32,000 nt of DNA, from positions 990,001-1,022,000 of the forward strand of contig JBDHVY010000001.1 of assembly GCA_039809905.1 (NCBI GenBank), written 5' to 3'. The DNA comes from Candidatus Babelota bacterium (GTDB lineage Bacteria > Babelota > Babeliae > Babelales > Vermiphilaceae). Position numbers and translations under genes: made by a program. How positions within the stretch are numbered: the stretch's first letter is position 1; each line of letters begins with the position of its first letter. Below the pieces are notes generated by a model, which saw nothing but the letters and a program-made list of their open reading frames with translations, was not told where the DNA came from and made no database searches. Below are positions 1 through 7,477 of this stretch, piece after piece.

Positions 1-1
1 T

Positions 2-775
2 ATAAAAGATACACAAGAAAATGTACAAACAATTCAAAAAAGCGTGAAGCAGTTAGTAGACGGGTTCCAGCAAGAGAATCTATTATTAAATGCTTTGGAG
101 AAAATTGGACTAGAACATAATCAACGGCTACAGAATCTAGATAGCATGGTTAAGGGTATTTCAAGCCAAAATAAGGAACAATTTGAAGTACTCGAGAGTT
201 CTTTTAAGCAACATGAAACAAGTCTGTTGAAAGTAACTAAAAGTGTGAGTTTATTGACAAAAGAACAACGCTCCTTTAAAGATTCTTGGTATGATCTTTT
301 GAATAAAATGACAACATTAGAATCTATAGTTTATGAAATTCAGAAAGATAGTGAGAGAAAAGCTTTAGAAATACAACAACTTAAAGACCTGCTTGCACAA
401 GCAGAGGAAAGAGATAAGCGAAGTGAAGAAAGAGAGGCGGCATCTGATAAGCTCATTAAAGACCTATATAATGAGTTTGCAAATAGAGCTCATATTTTTG
501 ATCAAAAATTGAGTGAAGTCATTCAGAAACAAGATAAGTCTGATCAAAAACTTGATGAAATACTTCATGATTCGAAAAAAACTAGCGAGAATGTTAATTA
601 TCTTGTAGGTGTTGTACAACTTTCTTTAAAGCCAGGCCACGGACAAGGATCACAACCACAATTATCTTTAACAAAAAAGAAAAAAACTAAAGAAATTGAG
701 TTCAATATACCTGTGTATCCAGTCGATATGTTTACACAAAAGGCCTTGGAAGCTGAGCAGAAGCTCAATGAATAA
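2..775 (+). CDS. Coiled-coil protein, probably 5'-truncated by the window edge
   Basis: The frame is open from nt 2 with no in-frame ATG before the tracked GTG at 44. The sequence is heptad-like and rich in E/K/Q/L throughout (LKDLLAQAEERDKRSEEREAASDKLIKDLYNEF). Stop codon at 773-775. Confidence 0.6.
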   Translation: MKDTQENVQTIQKSVKQLVDGFQQENLLLNALEKIGLEHNQRLQNLDSMVKGISSQNKEQFEVLESSFKQHETSLLKVTKSVSLLTKEQRSFKDSWYDLLNKMTTLESIVYEIQKDSERKALEIQQLKDLLAQAEERDKRSEEREAASDKLIKDLYNEFANRAHIFDQKLSEVIQKQDKSDQKLDEILHDSKKTSENVNYLVGVVQLSLKPGHGQGSQPQLSLTKKKKTKEIEFNIPVYPVDMFTQKALEAEQKLNE

Positions 776-858
776 TAAAGTGGGCTATTAAACAATAGTT
801 TTAAATACGGTATACTATAACTTATAAGACTTTAATTCCATGAATCGGAGTATGACCC

Positions 859-1554
859 ATGAATAATGGTATGAAAAAAGCATTATTAGTTATAGTTGCC
901 GTGATAAGTATCGCCACCGTTATTTGGTATTTTGGATTGCACAATTATATTACCCTAGCATCCTTACAGGAAAATAGAGCAGCTTTAGAAGAAGCTGTTC
1001 AAAAGAACTATCTACAATCAGTTGCGATATTTATAGCTATTTATACCGCTGTTATTACCGTTATGATACCAGGAGTACCACCATTGACCATCATTGGTGG
1101 TTTTTTATTTGGATTATTGCCAGGGGTATTATATTCAGGAATTGCTGCTGCAATAGGGGCAACAATATCGTTTTTGGTAATGAGATACGTTTTAAGTAAT
1201 GTGATCAGGGGTAAATATGCACAAAAATTGGACCGTTTTAATGAAAAGATTTTGTCGCAGGGTGCGGCAAGTTATTTATTAACGATGCAGTTGATAGGGG
1301 TTATCCCTTATTTTGTGATTAATACATTAGCGGCTTTGACAACGGTTTCTATATTTACTTTTTTTTGGACAACGCTCGTAGGTTCTTTACCCATTCTTTT
1401 TGTTTATGCGTTTGCAGGCAGACAATTATACTTGGTTGAATCGGCTGATGGCGTATTTTCGCCACGTATCATAGCATTGCTTGTGGTGTTAGCATTGGTA
1501 GCAATGTTGCCATTATTGATTAAGTTTTTCCGCAAAGATACAGAAGATGCATAA
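859..1554 (+). CDS. DedA / TVP38-TMEM64 (VTT-domain) family inner-membrane protein
   Basis: Multi-pass hydrophobic protein with the family-typical stretch MIPGVPPLTIIGGFLFG...GATISFLVMRY. A GGAG lies 8 nt upstream of the ATG at 859. Confidence 0.7.
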   Translation: MNNGMKKALLVIVAVISIATVIWYFGLHNYITLASLQENRAALEEAVQKNYLQSVAIFIAIYTAVITVMIPGVPPLTIIGGFLFGLLPGVLYSGIAAAIGATISFLVMRYVLSNVIRGKYAQKLDRFNEKILSQGAASYLLTMQLIGVIPYFVINTLAALTTVSIFTFFWTTLVGSLPILFVYAFAGRQLYLVESADGVFSPRIIALLVVLALVAMLPLLIKFFRKDTEDA

Positions 1555-2390
1555 GCAGTTTTAATGTTTTTGATGAGATTCACAAATGTTGAAGAGTGCC
1601 TAACGGCATTAATACCTAGTTTTTGTGCGGCATCAATATTTTCTTGTTGATCATCAATAAACCAACAATTTTCTGGTTGTAGCTGATAGCGGTCAAGCAG
1701 AGCCTGATAAATTGGGGCATGAGGTTTATTTGATTTCACTTCTGCCGAAATTATTATGCCATCAAAAAGATCAAAAACATCGGCATATTCTTTTTTGAGT
1801 AATGCAAATGATTCGCTATCCCAATTAGAAAGGCCATAGACATTGTGGCCTTGTTTTTTGCACTTTTTTATAAATGCTATGCATGCAGGGGATATTTTAC
1901 GAGAACTGATAAATATTTCTGGTGTAAAGATTAACTCTGCAATGTTTTGAATAATACGCTTTTCTGCCTGGCATTTGAACCATTCTGGATGAATAGCAAA
2001 AGCTTGCTGTATTAAGATATTGATGTGCTTAGTAGAAATAAGACCTTGTAGCCATCCATTCATAAGCTTTGGCAACTTATTGCCTTTTTCATCATATGTT
2101 TGCTGATAAGAATCAGTATCTATATTGTGCAGAGCTGCTATCTGATCAAGTATTTCAAAAAGCCTTAATTTTATATAAGTATCAAGATAAAGAGGGTTGA
2201 TGCCTAATTGAAAGCTGCATGCAGCTATATTCATTATGCCTATATGCCTGAAAGACGCTATTTTATCGGTTGAAATAAGTACGCCGCCAAAGTCAAAAAT
2301 AAAGTCTTTTGCAGGCGTTTTTGACGAGGCAGAAAAGGTACCAACAGCAAGGCTTATCATCAATAGTAAGATTTTAAGGGACTTTTTCAT
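1404..2390 (-). CDS. Signal-peptide-bearing HAD-superfamily hydrolase (phosphatase-like)
   Basis: HAD motif I variant FIFDFGGVLI, motif III KSNKP and motif IV WFIDDQQENIDAAQKLGINAV. The N-terminus MKKSLKILLLMISLAVGTFSASS looks like a signal peptide. The ATG at 2390 has a GAGG 6 nt upstream and is preferred over the tracked TTG at 2402. The last ~55 codons are an N/T/S-rich tail antisense to the DedA gene. Confidence 0.7.
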   Translation of the reverse strand: MKKSLKILLLMISLAVGTFSASSKTPAKDFIFDFGGVLISTDKIASFRHIGIMNIAACSFQLGINPLYLDTYIKLRLFEILDQIAALHNIDTDSYQQTYDEKGNKLPKLMNGWLQGLISTKHINILIQQAFAIHPEWFKCQAEKRIIQNIAELIFTPEIFISSRKISPACIAFIKKCKKQGHNVYGLSNWDSESFALLKKEYADVFDLFDGIIISAEVKSNKPHAPIYQALLDRYQLQPENCWFIDDQQENIDAAQKLGINAVRHSSTFVNLIKNIKTAYASSVSLRKNLINNGNIATNANTTSNAMIRGENTPSADSTKYNCLPANA

Positions 2391-2496
2391 GATATGCCTC
2401 AATTACTTATAGGATATTAACTACACTATAAGTCTAAATCAACGCTGTTTTTTGTCAAATAGAAACTTTTCTGCCTGTTTTAAGTTAATTCTGTTT

Positions 2497-2934
2497 TTAT
2501 TTCATGCATGTGTAGCTGATTCTAAAGCTCCACCCATAAACAACTCCTGCTTGAACAGAGATTACCGGAGTACATTGTCTTTTGTAACGTGCTTCGTCAA
2601 ATTTCCCTAGGTCTTCGCGTGAAAGAGTGGTTCTTGCCAGAGTTAATGGATGAGGAACATCATAAAAATTTGAATATTTCATTAAGGGTGAGGTACCTGC
2701 AACTTTAATGGAATAATTTCTGTTTGTGTCTAGTTCTACTGTGTCTCCTGCCTTAACTATATTATTGTTACAATCAAAATTTTGATTGGCAGCAGCTTCT
2801 GCATTAGAGCGGCATCTATAAAATATGTCATATTGAGAATCATTTTTAAAGAGAAATGGGAAGGCAAAAGTATTACTGCTTATCATGCAAAGTAGCGCAA
2901 TCCCAATGATTTGTGATACATTTTTAAAATTCAT
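2497..2934 (-). CDS. Small secreted protein, tandem paralogue 1
   Basis: Signal peptide (IIGIALLCMISSNTFA). Shares YDIF-R-RS, NIV-K-G, NYSI, Y-D-P-P, RED and P-IS-Q-G-VYGW-F--SYT blocks with the adjacent ORF. AAGGA RBS upstream of the start. Confidence 0.6.
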   Translation of the reverse strand: MNFKNVSQIIGIALLCMISSNTFAFPFLFKNDSQYDIFYRCRSNAEAAANQNFDCNNNIVKAGDTVELDTNRNYSIKVAGTSPLMKYSNFYDVPHPLTLARTTLSREDLGKFDEARYKRQCTPVISVQAGVVYGWSFRISYTCMK

Positions 2935-2945
2935 GAAATATTCCT

Positions 2946-3449
2946 TTATTTAGCAACATTTGTCCAATCTTTATTCCATCGTTCGCGGTCTTCATTAGCT
3001 TTATTGGGTGTATTTTTTGTCCATGTATAGCTTAAAGTGAATGTCCATCCATAGACTAAACCGGATTGAATTGAGATTATTGGCATAAATCCTTCCTCAT
3101 ACTGACGAGAAGTGTATTCAATGCTATCTTCTCTATTGAGAGTTTTTATTAGATCCATTGGTTTTGGAAGATCATAATACTGAGACAATGCTGTTTTTTG
3201 ACCAGCACTTCGTATGGAATAATTTTTGCTCTTTGATAGTTGTACTCGCTCGCCTGGTTTGAGAACAATGTTGCTGTTTTCAGGGCTTGTCCATAGGTTG
3301 TCTTGTGCTTGAGCGATTGAACGATCTCTGCAAAAGATGTCGTATCTTGATTTGTTTACTAATATAAAGCTATTTCCGCATACGGTAATTGCACATGAAA
3401 AGAGTGCAAAAACAGTAAAAATAGCTTTGGTTATGAGGCTACGCTTCAT
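2946..3449 (-). CDS. Small secreted protein, tandem paralogue 2
   Basis: Signal peptide (AIFTVFALFSCAITVCG). Collinear similarity to 2497-2934. Only 11 nt separate the two genes. Confidence 0.6.
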   Translation of the reverse strand: MKRSLITKAIFTVFALFSCAITVCGNSFILVNKSRYDIFCRDRSIAQAQDNLWTSPENSNIVLKPGERVQLSKSKNYSIRSAGQKTALSQYYDLPKPMDLIKTLNREDSIEYTSRQYEEGFMPIISIQSGLVYGWTFTLSYTWTKNTPNKANEDRERWNKDWTNVAK

Positions 3450-3637
3450 GAGGGTACCTTTCTGGTAGTGGTTATTTCTTTTATCTAATAATTATTTTGC
3501 CATATTTAGAATTCAAATAGCAATAATTTTTCATTTTAAAAACGCTTTTTGAGGATGGTTTTTTGTCCGAAGTTCCTAATTTTTCCTATTTATAGTATGA
3601 TTGAGAGAGATATTTATGGATTAATGTGATAAGGTTG

Positions 3638-4015
3638 ATGGTGAATTTATATCAAGAAATTTTAATGGATCATTACCGTAATCCACGTAATAATGGGACT
3701 ATTGATCGGCCTGATTTTACTGCAAACCAGCGCAATAGCTCATGTGGAGATGAAGTTTTTTGCACCGGTATTTTTTCCGATAATGTATTAGTAGATGTTG
3801 CTTTTAAGGGCAAAGGATGTGTTATCAGCCAATCGACTGCATCTTTGCTGTCTGAATATGTTAAAAATAAAACCTCAGATGAGATTCTTGCCCTTGCGCA
3901 AGATGATCTTATTGCTATGCTGGGAATGCAATTAGGGCCAGTGAGGTTATTGTGCGCACTGTTGTCTTTGGTTGCTTTGCAGAATGGAGTAAGAGAGTAT
4001 AGAATGGATAAATGA
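3638..4015 (+). CDS. sufU: SufU/IscU-type (NifU N-terminal domain) Fe-S cluster scaffold
   Basis: LYQEILMDHYRNPRNNG, SCGDEV, GKGCVISQSTASLL and C-terminal VRLLCALLS give the three conserved Cys positions of this family. The ATG at 3638 is preferred over the tracked GTG at 3626. Confidence 0.8.
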   Translation: MVNLYQEILMDHYRNPRNNGTIDRPDFTANQRNSSCGDEVFCTGIFSDNVLVDVAFKGKGCVISQSTASLLSEYVKNKTSDEILALAQDDLIAMLGMQLGPVRLLCALLSLVALQNGVREYRMDK

Positions 4016-4079
4016 TTTTTTTCCTTCGTTTTTCTTTTATGGGGTGCCCGAGTGAAGCGAAGCCTAAGCTGGGTTCAAT

Positions 4080-5207
4080 ATGTTAGATCGTTTAAAGCTC
4101 ATCGTTGAATTGCAAAACGTTGCCGATAAACTATTTGTTGATACAACGCCATCATATCATCGTGCTCAAGATGTGTGGCAAGCTATTATTGCTGATCCAA
4201 CATTCATATATAAAGTCCGGCAGGTGCATGATGCTCCATGGCCAGTTCCTTTGTGGGTAGCCGATTTGGCAGATGTTATTTCAATTCAAAAAATTATCGA
4301 ACCATACATAGCTATTTCTGTTGATGGATCTCAGATTTATCCCGATCGGCATAATGTTTTATCATGTTTTTTAATCAACACGGGTTCTGTTGTTTTACCA
4401 TACGGCACTGAAAACACCAAAGTTCAATTATTTTCTGATCCAACAGTATTTGCGGGAGTTGATGAGCATCAACAGCCATTTACTACCGATGGCGTTAATT
4501 GTAAACGCCAAGAATTGGAATTGCGAGCTGGTCTTGATATAGCAAAGAAGATAAAACATGAATATCAAAATGCTACATCATTGCTATTATTTGATGGATC
4601 TCTGATTTTTTGGCATTTGTCATCGAAGGAAATCGGTCTTAGAGATCAGTTTTTGAACGCATATCTTGCATTATTAGATGAGCTTTATGCTGAAAAAATA
4701 CCGGTATGTTGGTATATTAGTATGCCAAAAAGTAAAGAACTGATGAGTTTGGTTCGTTTATATTTATGTAATTTTGATACGAAAAAAAAAGAATTATATG
4801 AATGTGTTGATGCAGTTATTGATAGCGGCATTATGTATGGCGTATTGGAACCATATACGCGGTCTATTGTTTTTAGTAACCATAGCAGTATTAGTGAATA
4901 TTACCCAAATCATTTAAAACCATTCTTTTTTTATCTTCACACGGGTAATGAAATTGGACGTGTTGAAATACCATCATGGGTTGCTCAAGATGAGCATATG
5001 CTTGATGTGATTGCACAAATTGTTATTGATCAGTGTGTTAAAGGGGGAGGATATCCGGTAGCTCTTGCAGAAGCTCATGAGCAAGCGGTTGTTAAAGGTC
5101 CTGATCGTGAATTTTTTTATCACTTTTTACAAAAAATGGGTATGGAACGTAACCATACCCAATCTATTTCACGAAAAAGCTTAAAAAAGCGAGGAATTGG
5201 TATTTAA
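4080..5207 (+). CDS. NurA-domain-like nuclease (stand-alone)
   Basis: Motifs recalled from NurA 5'-3' nucleases: AISVDGSQIYPDRH, LLLFDGSLIFWHL, and the C-terminal RVEIPSWV...GGGYPVALAEAHEQAVV. No HerA-like ATPase lies next to it. Confidence 0.5.
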   Translation: MLDRLKLIVELQNVADKLFVDTTPSYHRAQDVWQAIIADPTFIYKVRQVHDAPWPVPLWVADLADVISIQKIIEPYIAISVDGSQIYPDRHNVLSCFLINTGSVVLPYGTENTKVQLFSDPTVFAGVDEHQQPFTTDGVNCKRQELELRAGLDIAKKIKHEYQNATSLLLFDGSLIFWHLSSKEIGLRDQFLNAYLALLDELYAEKIPVCWYISMPKSKELMSLVRLYLCNFDTKKKELYECVDAVIDSGIMYGVLEPYTRSIVFSNHSSISEYYPNHLKPFFFYLHTGNEIGRVEIPSWVAQDEHMLDVIAQIVIDQCVKGGGYPVALAEAHEQAVVKGPDREFFYHFLQKMGMERNHTQSISRKSLKKRGIGI

Positions 5208-5213
5208 CCAGCT

Positions 5214-6344
5214 TTATCCCAAGAACTTTTTAAAGAAGCTGGTGATAAAACCATCTTCACTTGCTTGAGTGCCAACAATATCAGAGTATTCTTGTAGTTT
5301 CTTTTTGGCATCAGCAGATATTTTAGTTGGAATAAAGCACTGGGTAATAATTACCAAGTTACCATTAGTTTTGCCGCGTAGCTTTTGAAAACCTTGGCCA
5401 GCAATAACTATTTTTTCTCCAACAGGGCAACCTTTAGGAATCTTAATAGTGTGCTTTGTACCATCGATATTTTCGATATCAACCTGACATCCTAATGTTA
5501 ATTGTGGATATGTTAGCATTACATTGCAAATAAGGTCATCATTTTCGCGCTTGAATATCTTATCTTCTTTAACGTGAATGCGTAAGAAAAGATCGCCAGC
5601 AGGGCCACCAAAAAGGCCTGCGTCAGCTTTTTCGCTGACACGTAGTTCTGCATTATCAAAAATACCTTTTGGTATGTTCACGGTAAATTTATCATAGCGT
5701 TGAACGCGTGATTGACCGTTACAGCCTCCGCATGGAGTAGGAATCACAAAACCTTTACCGGAACATGCTCCACATGCTTGCGCATACATAAAGAAGCCTT
5801 GCTTATAATGCATTTCGCCAGAACCATTACAGGTTGTACACGTTTGAGCACTTGTTCCTGTACGAGCACCAGAACCATGACAGGTATCACACGTAAAATA
5901 ATGATGGTATGCTATTTCTTTTTTTGTGCCAAGGAAAGCTTCTTGAAGCGTTATTTCTATTTCTTTGGTTAATGAAAGGCCTGCCTGCGGTTGAGGTCCT
6001 TTTTTACGGCGTTGTTTTGCACCACCGCCAAACATAGAACCAAAAATATCCCCAAAATTTTCAAAAATGTCGTCCATATTCATGCCGCCAGCATGCCCAT
6101 GTCCACCACCCATGCCATTATTTACGCCAGCATGGCCAAATTGATCGTATTGAGAACGTTTTTGCGTATCACCGAGCACTTCATATGCTTCAGTAGCTTC
6201 TTTAAATTTTTCTTCAGCAGCTTTATTATCAGGGTTGCGATCAGGATGATACTTCATAGCAAGCTTACGATAAGCCGTTTTTATCTCATCTGTTGAAGCA
6301 GACTGTGCCACGCCTAATATTTTATAGTAATCAGCTTTATTCAT
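5214..6344 (-). CDS. dnaJ: Molecular chaperone DnaJ (type I Hsp40)
   Basis: J domain with HPD (YYKILGV...KYHPDRNP). G/F-rich linker. Four CxxCxGxG zinc-finger repeats ([32 protein letters not shown]). C-terminal substrate-binding domains. Confidence 0.95.
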   Translation of the reverse strand: MNKADYYKILGVAQSASTDEIKTAYRKLAMKYHPDRNPDNKAAEEKFKEATEAYEVLGDTQKRSQYDQFGHAGVNNGMGGGHGHAGGMNMDDIFENFGDIFGSMFGGGAKQRRKKGPQPQAGLSLTKEIEITLQEAFLGTKKEIAYHHYFTCDTCHGSGARTGTSAQTCTTCNGSGEMHYKQGFFMYAQACGACSGKGFVIPTPCGGCNGQSRVQRYDKFTVNIPKGIFDNAELRVSEKADAGLFGGPAGDLFLRIHVKEDKIFKRENDDLICNVMLTYPQLTLGCQVDIENIDGTKHTIKIPKGCPVGEKIVIAGQGFQKLRGKTNGNLVIITQCFIPTKISADAKKKLQEYSDIVGTQASEDGFITSFFKKFLG

Positions 6345-6384
6345 AGATTTTCTCCTCTATTGCAAGTACCCTGACCTATCCCTT

Positions 6385-6657
6385 TTATTCGTTCTCTTCG
6401 CTTGATTCGCTTGGCTCTTCGGTTTGCACATGTTTTTTAGGCTTGTGAGAACGTAAAGCGCCCAATTTAGCTGTACGAAGGTGTTTTCTTTCTTCAAGTA
6501 CATCATAAGCGGTTTGAATTTCTTTAAATTTAGCTTCAGCCATCGCATCTCCAGGGTTACGATCTGGATGGTATTTCATAGCTAAACCACGATATGCAGC
6601 TTTAATTTCATCCCATGATGCTAAAGAATCAAGTCCAAGAACTTTATAGTGTTTCAT
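6385..6657 (-). CDS. Small J-domain-only protein
   Basis: [37 protein letters not shown]...[13 protein letters not shown] followed by a basic then acidic tail. The ATG at 6657 is preferred over the tracked start at 6714. It lies 40 nt upstream of dnaJ on the same strand. Confidence 0.8.
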   Translation of the reverse strand: MKHYKVLGLDSLASWDEIKAAYRGLAMKYHPDRNPGDAMAEAKFKEIQTAYDVLEERKHLRTAKLGALRSHKPKKHVQTEEPSESSEENE

Positions 6658-6713
6658 AATAATCCGTATAGTTAAACTGATATTTTTGTGACTAAATTGA
6701 TATTTTCCTTTCA

Positions 6714-6742
6714 ATTATAGCATAAAAATATTTCTATGCTAA
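6714..6742 (-). promoter_or_regulatory. Candidate sigma70 promoter overlapped by a CIRCE-like inverted repeat
   Basis: The minus strand reads TTAGCA-N17-TATAAT with TGc directly 5' of the -10 (-35 at 6737-6742, -10 at 6714-6719). The same sequence TTAGCATAG-N8-TTATGCTAT contains a 7-bp perfect inverted repeat (TAGCATA/TATGCTA). This resembles the outer arms of CIRCE (TTAGCACTC-N9-GAGTGCTAA). Confidence 0.35.
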
Positions 6743-6868
6743 GGGGGAAATACTCTTTTATGAGGGTAACCCCTAAGTATTGGGTATAGGCATCCGTTCC
6801 GGAGAAAAACCTACTTCGCGTAAAACTAGCAAGGCTGCTGACGGAGGAATGGGTATAAAAGGCTGATA

Positions 6869-7417
6869 TTATCGATTTGTATCATTGATTGCGAGAATGA
6901 GCTTCTCATTTTCGGCAGATTGCTTAAAAGGGCGAGGAAGACAGTTATTTTCGAGGCAAAAATGACCTTTTTTTAGGATTGGTTCAAGATTTTCTGGAAC
7001 TGTTAAAACCAGGTAAAATATGCTTGTTGGAGCTAATTTTTCTTCTTCATCAAAATCAAGAATAAGAGTCTGTGTTTTGGGGTTCCATTGGCCATCACAG
7101 ATAAGGTTTTGTTCGATAGCCAAAAATTCTTTGCCACTGTTTTTTCGATAGAGCGAAGCAATCAAGTTATCAAGATTTTCGCCATGCCAGCTGAGATTGA
7201 TTTTATCCACAAAAATGGGATGTTTCGATCTTTTTTTAAAGGTAATACTGCCGATAAGTATCCATTTTCCACCAAAATCCGCGCATTTATTGTCATTGCA
7301 ACCTAGTTCTTGCCATTTTGATTTTAAAATAATATCAAAATTATCTGTTGGATGAGTAATCATGCATGAAAAACTCATGATACTGAGCAATAAAATAAAT
7401 ATGCTGGCTTTCATCAT
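6869..7417 (-). CDS. Secreted hypothetical protein
   Basis: MMKASIFILLLSIMSFSCM signal-like N-terminus, with GGAGA just upstream of the ATGATG at 7417/7414. No recognisable domain. Confidence 0.55.
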   Translation of the reverse strand: MMKASIFILLLSIMSFSCMITHPTDNFDIILKSKWQELGCNDNKCADFGGKWILIGSITFKKRSKHPIFVDKINLSWHGENLDNLIASLYRKNSGKEFLAIEQNLICDGQWNPKTQTLILDFDEEEKLAPTSIFYLVLTVPENLEPILKKGHFCLENNCLPRPFKQSAENEKLILAINDTNR

Positions 7418-7477
7418 TTCTCCAAATAGGGATATTTTTTTATATCCTATCACACCATTGATTCCCGGGTGAAGTTT

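Noticed and set aside
4782-4790. Homopolymer tracts (A9 at 4782-4790 in the NurA-like gene, and similar A/T runs of 8-10 nt in several ORFs) as phase-variation switches
   Set aside because: Such runs are expected by composition in a genome this AT-rich. They mostly encode Lys/Phe runs in frame, and there is no evidence of frameshifted gene halves around them.
5712-6296. Plus-strand ORFs 5712-5972 and 5991-6296 inside dnaJ
   Set aside because: They are entirely antisense to a confidently identified dnaJ. Their Cys/Thr/Arg- and Phe/Ile-rich composition is the typical shadow of the Gly/Cys-rich zinc-finger and G/F regions.
6357-6548. ORF 6357-6548 (63 aa, minus strand)
   Set aside because: It is an alternative frame overlapping the J-domain gene 6385-6657, which has clear family motifs.
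6741-6775. Sigma32-like heat-shock promoter (CCCTCATAA ... CCCCCTTAG on the minus strand) upstream of the J-protein gene
   Set aside because: The -10-like CCCCCTTA is reasonable. However, the -35-like element matches poorly and the spacing (~10 nt) is too short for the consensus 13-15 nt. The sigma70/CIRCE-like reading downstream is better supported.
7203-7211. Perfect DnaA-box-like 9-mer TTATCCACA
   Set aside because: It is a single occurrence inside a coding region. I saw no cluster of boxes, and the AT-rich gyrB/tadA spacer (15750-16040) contains no DnaA boxes either. There is no evidence for an origin in this window.
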